DNA of 62,948 nt, counting the filler, from Octopus bimaculoides (Eukaryota): assembly GCF_001194135.2 (NCBI RefSeq). It is 7 parts of 6 records of this genome, joined end to end, with 100 filler letters (N's around TTAATTAATTAA, not from the genome) between each part and the next. Parts side by side here need not be neighbours in the genome. Positions count along the whole stretch, not along the records: positions 51,870 to 60,597 come from NC_068991.1; positions 60,698 to 62,948 come from NC_068995.1; 5 more parts are not named here. One strand, 5' to 3'. The position numbers and the translations under genes are program-made. Below, one piece after another: positions 54,123 to 62,948 of this stretch. Every line of letters starts with the position of its first letter. Positions within the stretch are counted from its first letter, which is position 1. The notes under the pieces are model-generated. The model made no database searches. It saw only the letters and a program-made list of their open reading frames with translations, and was not told the DNA's origin.

Positions 54123-55076
54123 AACGATAGCAACAGGACCTAGGAACTTCTGTTTCCAAAACGCAATCTGTCGTAGCCCTGACAATGGTTGAATGGATTC
54201 TAAACAAAAGCGAGCAAAGCGTAAGGGTTCAGTGCTTCCAGGGAAGTTAGGAATTTCCTTATAGTTAGTTAGCAATGTACTAATAGCTACTCTGGACGTA
54301 CTACAGGAAGAATGAGGTAAAGATACTGTATGGAATATATTATAAAGAGTGTGTGGAGAGAGAAACAGGGAAAGACAGATAGAGGGAGGGAAAGAAGAGA
54401 CAGAAGTAAAGTAGAAATACAGAAAAGAAGCAATGGGTTCAGATAGACTGAAAGAAAGGGGAAAAAAAAAAGAAAAAGGAAAAGATAAAAATGGATCACA
54501 TATCAAAGAAAGACTGAAAAAGTAACAAAACAAAGAAAATGCTAAAGAAAGGAGGAAGAGCGAAACAAAAAATAATAGTCAAATGGAAAAAGAGAAAGAA
54601 AGAAGAGGTGAATGAAAGACTGGAAAACAGAAGATTGAAAGGCAAAAGAAGACAAGAGAAAAAATATCAAAATTTAGAAAGCTCGGGAAAACAAAAATAA
54701 AAGTGAAAGTGAAACTAAATGAATATCACATTGATGGAATGCTATAAATGAAATACAAGAATGCAACAAAAGGAAGAGAGAGAAAAACATTGTTTAAAAA
54801 AATGGCCGAAAGAACGAAACCGTAAGAATTATTCTAAGAAAGGTTTTCCGGAAATATCTTGGGAAAAAAACATGAAGAATAATCAAAATAAATCCAAGAC
54901 TGTGTAGGAAACGAGATATTTCAGAATAAAAGGATGGGGGAGGGCGGGGAGAAAAATAAAACAAATATTTTCTTTTGACGATCCTAAAACCGGAAATGAG
55001 ATTATTCGGCAGAATATCTTTTACAGCAACAGGAGGGTCGCTGAACCTGCTAGAAATAACCGCCAAATCTCTCTTT

Positions 55077-55119
<43 letters not shown>

Positions 55120-55224
55120 TCTCTCTCTCACTTTCGCTCTCACTCTCTCTCATCCGGTCTCTCTCTTTCTCTAATCCGGTCTCTCTCTCTCTCTCTCATC
55201 CGGTCTTTCGCTCTCTCTCATCTG

Positions 55225-55260
<36 letters not shown>

Positions 55261-55319
55261 TGAACCACATTTTATCTCCTTGAGAGAGGTTAAGTCACAT
55301 TGAATAATGTTTTCCTGAA

Positions 55320-55352
55320 GGTATTAGATAGATAGATAAATAGATAGGTAGG

Positions 55353-55432
<80 letters not shown>
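55320..55432. repeat. (GATA)n microsatellite
   Basis: Direct sequence. Confidence 0.95.
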
Positions 55433-55434
<2 letters not shown>

Positions 55435-56704
55435 TTGCTTGACAGGATTGACACGGCTTGAATGGCTTTAATCAAAAGTTAGTTAAATAAGGTTTGACCT
55501 GCAACTAGAAAACAACATGAACAAAAACTACTACTACTACTGCTGCTGCTGCAACTGCTGATATTGATGCCACTACATCAATATAATCCGCAAAATTGGG
55601 TGGTAAACATCAACTTGGTGTTAGAATTCAGTCTGTCCTCCGTTTTGACCCCATAACCTGGCCCCTTGTGTGCTTTTAGTGAAAACCTAAATGATTTTGC
55701 ATTTGAAAACAAGATGCTTTTGCAAGTATTTGCTCGGAGTTCAGTTTTAAAACAACACATTGTGACATATACATGTTTTTCCATTCTCGATTAAACTTTC
55801 TTTCGATTTATCAGTAACATCTGTTTCCAGCTGTTCTTTCAAGCGCTCGATGAAAGCCTCTGTGGCTTTGCCAATGAATAGGTCATTTATGTCCCTCTTT
55901 CTTACGTCTGTATAACATTTTCGAACAGAAAAGCGTCGGCTTTTGTCACATAATGCCTCCAAGTGAACAGTTTACATTTAGTTCTTCTATGTGTAACGTT
56001 TCTATGAGTCCAAATTATGTTCCGATAAATCAAATTGGTCCTTCATTAAAATTTCTATCGAAACTTTCATTTGACACAGCATTTGTGAGTATATATAAGT
56101 GGTGTCGTTTTTGACAGACTTGACGCTATAGCCGTTCTTTCCAGTAATATTCTCTATACAATTGAAAAATGAACACGTTAAGTGTTACAGAATGTCATAA
56201 TAAACCTTAAAAAGTATGGGACTAGCATTGATTCTCAAAAATATTGAAATCACTATATGTTGTACATTCTGTTGCATCTTAAAACGAAAAGAGACTCATA
56301 TGTGACTTACGATGTCACGATAATTATTAAACCGAGTTCTTAATATAAAAATTCGAAAATTTACAAAATATGATCTTTAACTTCGAATAAGTAACTTCAT
56401 TATAATACTCTTCATACCAAAGTATATAAAAAAAAACATATTTCACACTGCATGCAAATTAGCATGATGATAACAAAAACAACAACAAAAAAACTGGATT
56501 TATGATGAAGTCTAATCTAAATAACAGCGAAAGTACGAAACCGAAATAATTATAAGTAAAGATAATTCGCATTGTGATACTCATATTAATGGAATAGGTA
56601 TGCAAATTAAACAAATTTTTGCTAAATTATTTTTGATTGATTACTTTTAAATTTATAAAAATTATCATTCATAGATTGAATTATTGCGTAAATATGACAT
56701 TAGT

Positions 56705-57062
56705 ATTTTACTCTTTACTCTTTACTCTTTTACTTGTTTCAGTCTTTTGACTGTGGCCATGATGGAGCACCGCCTTTAGTCGAGCAAATTGACCCCAGGA
56801 CTTATTCTTTAGAAGCCTAGTACTTATTCTATCGGTCTCTTTTGCCGAACCGCTAAGTTACGGGGACGTAAACACACCAGCATCGGTTGTCAAGCGATGT
56901 TGGGCGGGGAGGGGGCAAACACAGACACACAAACACATACACACATACATATATATATGCATATATACGACGGACTTCTTTCAGTTTCCGTCTACCAAAT
57001 CTACTCACAAGGCTTTGGTCGGCCCGAGGCTATAGTAGAAGACACATTCCCAAGATGCCACG
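56705..57062 (-). mobile_element. CORE-type SINE family A, 5'-truncated, young
   Basis: Near-identical reverse complement of 43550-44110. Confidence 0.9.
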
Positions 57063-57104
57063 CATACGATAATTTAACTTGATCAATCATTGATATAACT
57101 TAAT

Positions 57105-57800
57105 TTCTCAATATAAAATAGTGTACATTTAAACAAAAGAGAAACTGCCTTCAACAGGCAGTTTTACACACTAGAAGAAGTAGTCAAAACGACCCAAACC
57201 ACATTTAAGAGCAATTCTTGTGTTTAAATGTACACTATTTTATATTGAGAACATGTTGTCTATTGACTTTTTATACATGTCAGGCCACTGGTAGTGAAAT
57301 TTCTAAAAACCTCGCTACCCTATATTTTACGTATATGTTTTTAGAAATTTTTAGAAGATAAGTTCGGCATTTATTCATATACTGCCGACTGAAACTGCGC
57401 TTGCGCGATGAATTTGAAAAATTATAATGTATAACGATGAAACACGTGTTATTTGTCTCTTAATTATATGTTAGTGTTATGGCGCGGTCACTGATGAGAA
57501 TTTCGCCTAGCAAATTATTTTATTTGCGAAAAAAATTTGAAACCTAGGTTTGACCGGAATAAAACAAGGTAAAAGTTTTTATTTTTCATTCCCTTTAAGA
57601 ATTGCTCTTAAATGTGATTTTGGTCGTTTTGACTACTTCTTCTAGCGTGTAAAACTGCCTGTTGAAGGCAGTTTCTCTTGTGTTTAAATGTAGACTATTT
57701 TATATTGAGAACATGTTGTCTATTGACTTTTTATACATGCTAGGCCACTGGTAGTGAAATTTCTAAAAAAAAACATTCGCTACCCTATATTTTACGTATA
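57105..57800. mobile_element. pLTR-like cassette: inverted (57105-57219 / 57597-57711) and direct (57218-57335 / 57678-57800) repeats around a hammerhead
   Basis: Repeats read directly from the sequence; similarity is high. Confidence 0.8.
57485..57556 (+). ncRNA. Minimal type-I hammerhead ribozyme candidate with intact core
   Basis: cggtca-CTGATGA-gaattt..aaattt-GAAAC-ctag-GTT-tgaccg: 6-bp stem I, 6-bp stem II base, palindromic ACCTAGGT stem III, GUU triplet. Confidence 0.82.
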
Positions 57801-58660
57801 ACTTGATTTCGGTGAACTAAACAAATTTCTTGTGATAAAAGCATGCCACAGAATGTACAACATATGGTGATTCCAATATTTTTGAGCAACAATACTAGTC
57901 CCATACGTTTAAAGCTTTATTATGACATTCTGTAACCCTTTTGAGCGCGCGCCTTTATCAATTCTAGTTTCGAATTTTTTAAGGCAACGCTTGTAATATT
58001 TTATATGTGAACCGTATTTCTCCTAATGGTGTGGCAGCTTCTAATAAACTGACACCCAAACGCCGACCAATTGAAATACTGTGACTGTCAAAATATTAAA
58101 AAATGTACGATAAAATTGATAATAATTGTCGTATTTATTGATTATCATATGGAGATATATTGAACAGCAGCTAGTGTATCATAAGTTGTACTATAAAGAA
58201 ATGTATTTTTAAAAATATTAATAATATTCTGTATACAAAAAAAGCTTGGCTGCTTTTTCTAGCAGGTCATGCAACCACATACAGGCTCCGTCGTTGGTCT
58301 GTCTCAGTAATAGTTTTGTTGTTATTTAGCCTCAAATCAATCCTGATTCAGCAAACCTACGTTGCTATAAAAACATCTCTGGTTATTAAAGAAGGGTTTT
58401 GTTAGGAGAATGGACCCGGAGGTTGTTGTTCGCAAACAGCAGCAGTAATTTTCTTCAGCTGAATACATGTCATTGATTGGTTAAAATTACCCAAATGCGA
58501 CAACTTTCAAACGAAATAACTTCCAAAATACAAAATTTTGTCAAAAACGTTAAGAGTAAACCCTGCTCTATGAGACACATTCTACCAGCATCCGAAGTTT
58601 CAAAGTGCTTAGTCTAAAAAAAATTAATTAAAAAATCTGGCCATCAAATTGAAAAGATCC

Positions 58661-58708
<48 letters not shown>

Positions 58709-59813
58709 CAAAACAACAACAATGACGACGACGGCGGCGACGACGACGACGATGATGATGATGTGATTCTTTCTACTATAGGCACAAATTTAGGGGCCTG
58801 AANNNNNNNNNNNNNNNNNNNNNNNNNNNNNNNNNNNNNNNNNNNNNNNNNNNNNNNNNNNNNNNNNNNNNNNNNNNNNNNNNNNNNNNNNNNNNNNNNN
58901 NNNNNNNNNNNNNNNNNNNNNNNNNNNNNNNNNNNNNNNNNNNNNNNNNNNNNNNNNNNNNNNNNNNNNNNNNNNNNNNNNNNNNNNNNNNNNNNNNNNN
59001 NNNNNNNNNNNNNNNNNNNNNNNNNNNNNNNNNNNNNNNNNNNNNNNNNNNNNNNNNNNNNNNNNNNNNNNNNNNNNNNNNNNNNNNNNNNNNNNNNNNN
59101 NNNNNNNNNNNNNNNNNNNNNNNNNNNNNNNNNNNNNNNNNNNNNNNNNNNNNNNNNNNNNNNNNNNNNNNNNNNNNNNNNNNNNNNNNNNNNNNNNNNN
59201 NNNNNNNNNNNNNNNNNNNNNNNNNNNNNNNNNNNNNNNNNNNNNNNNNNNNNNNNNNNNNNNNNNNNNNNNNNNNNNNNNNNNNNNNNNNNNNNNNNNN
59301 NNNNNNNNNNNNNNNNNNNNNNNNNNNNNNNNNNNNNNNNNNATCCCCATCCATTCATCCAAACAAACAAACAGAATACATAAGAAAACACACATGAAAA
59401 ATACTCAGCAACCATATAAAAAAAAAAAGCCTCCTCTGCCCTGCCCTCCCTGCTGCCAAGATAAAAACCCAACCAAATGACACAACAAAAGAGTCTGCAG
59501 GTGGACAGAAGTTGTTTTATTGGCTAAGATTTCAGTCGTTGATTTAAAAATAAGACTAACAACAAAATATAACTGACACACGTTCCTCTCAGGGTAACAA
59601 TGGCCGTTTGCAGACAGACCCACAGCGACAGTGGGGGTCCAGAGCCTGACTGTATCTATGACATACAGACACGTAGAGACAGAGAGGTATATACACACTC
59701 GAGTGCGTGCATACACATGCATTCATACGTAGTTACGTGCGTTCATACAGAGGTACATGCGATCATGCATATGAGCATACATTCATGAACACACTCATAC
59801 ATGCATGAATATA

Positions 59814-59846
<33 letters not shown>

Positions 59847-59867
59847 AGCGTGCGTGTACATTTATAT

Positions 59868-59906
<39 letters not shown>

Positions 59907-60561
59907 NNNNNNNNNNNNNNNNNNNNNNNNNNNNNNNNNNNNNNNNNNNNNNNNNNNNNNNNNNNNNNNNNNNNNNNNNNNNNNNNNNNNNNNNNNNNNN
60001 NNNNNNTGTACATACTTACATCTACATGTGTATATACATGCATATCAGGGTACATAATATAAATATATATTTATATATATACATACATACATATATATAT
60101 AGTCACACGCTCGCGAATTCACTCAAATGCACACTGATACTTATATTCTGACACACATGCACACCCACAATTATCGTATACTCACACACGGATACTCTCA
60201 CACGGATACACATACGCACATATATTGACACAGTCACATATGTCCGCACACACACACGCAAACGCACGTACAGACACTGACTCATAATCAGGCGTGCACA
60301 CGTACTCACGCACATAAATACAAGTACGTTGATTTACACTATTGTACACCTACAGGCACACATGGAACGCGAGTGCCCACACACACACACACAGACACAC
60401 TCACATAGACACATACTGAATCACATACACATACACACACATACACACACAAATATGCGCGTGCGCTCAAAAGCAAAGATATGAACGATTTTTGTTATTT
60501 TTTTTCTTTTTGATTTTACTGCTCTACCATAACCCTTTGTTGTTTGAAATGTTAGATTTGC

Positions 60562-60597
<36 letters not shown>

Positions 60598-60697
60598 NNN
60601 NNNNNNNNNNNNNNNNNNNNNNNNNNNNNNNNNNNNNNNNNTTAATTAATTAANNNNNNNNNNNNNNNNNNNNNNNNNNNNNNNNNNNNNNNNNNNN

Positions 60698-60786
60698 CTC
60701 GCCGCCCTGTTCTGCCAACTCGCCGCCCTGTTCTGCCAGCTCGCCGCCCTGTTCTGCCAGCTCGCCGCGCTGCCAGCTCGCTGCCC
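60698..60786 (-). repeat. 21-bp tandem repeat derived from the SINE-B 5' end
   Basis: CTCGCCGCCCTGTTCTGCCAG x3 plus partial copies; contains the reverse complement of GGCGGCGAGCTGGCAGAA. Confidence 0.8.
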
Positions 60787-61229
60787 AGGTGAAGTAATAT
60801 AGTTTAGAGCAGACTGTCACCGTATGAATACTCATCTGTAACATCTTATTACTCTCGACATAAAACATGAGCACACTCACACACGCACCATTTACACGCA
60901 CACATTCTTGCAAAAAGCAAAGCACAGTAATAGAATCTGATTTAAGCACAAGGCCAGCTTTTTAAGAGGAGAGGTTAGTAAATACCATCGCTCAATTACT
61001 TGACTTTATTTCATCAACTCTGAAAATATGAACGACAGTGTTGACCTTGAAGTAACTGGAAATCAAAATTTAAATAACCGAAAAAAATGCTCCAGTGAAT
61101 TTCTTTTTTTATTCTATTTATTGTCTCAGCTCGGTGAAAAGGGGATGGGAAAAAACATCTGGGATACTTTGCCATCTCAGAAACTGCAACAACACAGAGG
61201 TTTTGCAAGCCCATCTAAATCCATTGCAA

Positions 61230-62948
61230 TGTTGGAAAACCTTCCCTATTGTCAGCAGGTAACCGAGGGTTACAAGCGTTTCTCATTTTAGCATGTACGC
61301 TTCAACCGAGTGGCAGCGAGGACTTGACTAACTATCACCTACAGAATCGTTCCACCTGTGGTCTCTTATCGACCAGAACCATCTTGTGCTAGTTTCTGCC
61401 TTACCTATTTCCTTTATTGCTTCTTTTAGTTGCCTGGGTTCCATACCTACCTTCTGCAGGAAAAAGCGCATAAATCTGCAGGAAAAAGCGCATAAATCTG
61501 CAGGAACAAGCGCATAAATCTGCAGGAACAAGCGCATAAATCTGCAGGAAAAAGCACACTTGGGGTGAGAAGCATCGCATTTGTCCTCCCAGGGTACTTT
61601 GAGATAGACGACGATTGTTTTTGTATTCCTGGAACGCAGGAACATGTCTGGATGATATGATGTTAACACTATCAAGTCACTCCCACAAGTTCATTCGCAT
61701 CTTCCATTCTAAGACTGAAGAAAAACGGGTCCGATTTGTCACATTCATTTAGGAATATGTTACTCTCTTGGGAAGGTGGCTAATGTTTATTAGCCTTCAC
61801 GCCTACCAAATTTGTCTATTTGGTAATTTCTGTAAGAACCTTGTCATGTTTCCACTTGAATCGGGCTTCCCTTAGAGTCCAAGAACATCCGGTCTAAATT
61901 TGGTTAAGAGTGCAAAAAGTTACTTCACACTGGTTGCAGAATCAGTCGTTTTACTTACTCCATATTTTAAGGTTATTTGAGGTTGGCAAGACATCTGTGG
62001 CAGCACAAAATTGGAAGGACAGTCTTCCCAGTCAGTGCTGCAGAGATCTTTCCAGAACAATGTGTGCTCGGCAGCCTGCTTCCACAGCAACCATTAACCC
62101 AGTAGACAAGCCCAACTGCTTTCACCCTTCGAACCGCCTGAGTTGAAACACAGATCCTTTCTACTGTAAACTTGTTCCTGCCCCCAGCATTGATGTTTTT
62201 CTCCTTCTTGCTGCTGCCATTGACAAGTCCTAACAATTCTTGACAGACTAGTCCAAAAATATCTTCTGGTATTTCCTGTATGTTTCTGCTTCCTTTACAG
62301 CTTCCTGGAGTTTTCATTTTCTGCCACACTCTATAGTCTTGTTAGCGTCCCAGACTATCTCACACAGAAGCAATGTGATGATTACTCTCGCCTTTGCGTC
62401 TTTGAATTCTTCTACCACTAATGTAATTTGTTGGCAGAGCTTAGTGGACATGCTGTACATATTGATTGAGCTAAAATTTGGGGGAACGTCCAGTCACCTT
62501 CGCACAAACTTATTGCACAGCCTTTCCACTGCCTCTACTCGAGTCATGCAAGAAGTCGTATGGTAGAAATGTCTTCTGCAGCTTGGGTATGATTCTATAC
62601 TGGATGCGCAATACTTTGAGCGTACCAAGGTGCTAGCTTTTATCAACATCTCTTTAATCGGTTTCCTATTTAGGATTTGGTATCTTTGCTAGTTCTAGAA
62701 TCCTTAAGGGTGTGATTCTAGCTTTTCCCAAGGCAGCGGACGAATTTTTCTTGGATTGTTGAACTCCCAGCCAACTGATCGCTGAAGCTGTCGTTTGCCA
62801 CTAAGTACAAGACAGAGGTTACATAGTCAATATTTATAGAATCGATTTAGCAACCACCAGCTTACAATTTCTTCTAGAGGTGTATCTTCTAAGGGTTTCT
62901 CTTGAAAACCTATCAATTCCATCAAGCGACCCGATATAACGTATGATA
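61230..62948 (-). mobile_element. HERO-like RLE non-LTR retrotransposon, 3' part, decayed; runs off the window
   Basis: RT thumb IQYRIIPKL..VEAVERLCNKFVRR*LDVPPNFS, C-x2-C region, HPDMFLRSRNTKTIVVYLKVPWEDKC (RPD..ELTVPWE motif) and AIKEIGKAETSTRWFW C-terminus. Confidence 0.8.
61454..61555. repeat. 22-bp tandem repeat (CTGCAGGAAAAAGCGCATAAAT, about 4.6 copies) inside the HERO RLE domain
   Basis: Units start at 61454, 61476, 61498, 61520 and 61542. Confidence 0.9.

Overview
Eukaryotic, AT-rich, repeat-dense genomic DNA with many assembly gaps and microsatellites. The repeat families resemble those of octopus (inference). No host protein-coding gene is confidently identified; nearly all ORF-track entries are microsatellite or N-gap artefacts. 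Recognisable content is mostly decayed mobile elements: two RTE LINEs plus many RTE 3' tails, three or four R4/Dong-type relics around (TAA)n tracts, a HERO-type RLE LINE at the right end, CR1/L2-like fragments, a Penelope-like GIY-YIG relic, mariner, Tc1, DD37D/rosa-like and piggyBac relics, MITEs and two tRNA-derived SINE families. The most notable observation is a set of minimal type-I hammerhead-ribozyme motifs with palindromic stem III, the Penelope/retrozyme type. Two have all core motifs intact (24316-24373, 57485-57556) and several are decayed; they belong to at least three unrelated sequence families and lie in fold-back or pLTR-like repeat cassettes. All assignments are by eye from motifs; no database search was run and element boundaries are approximate.
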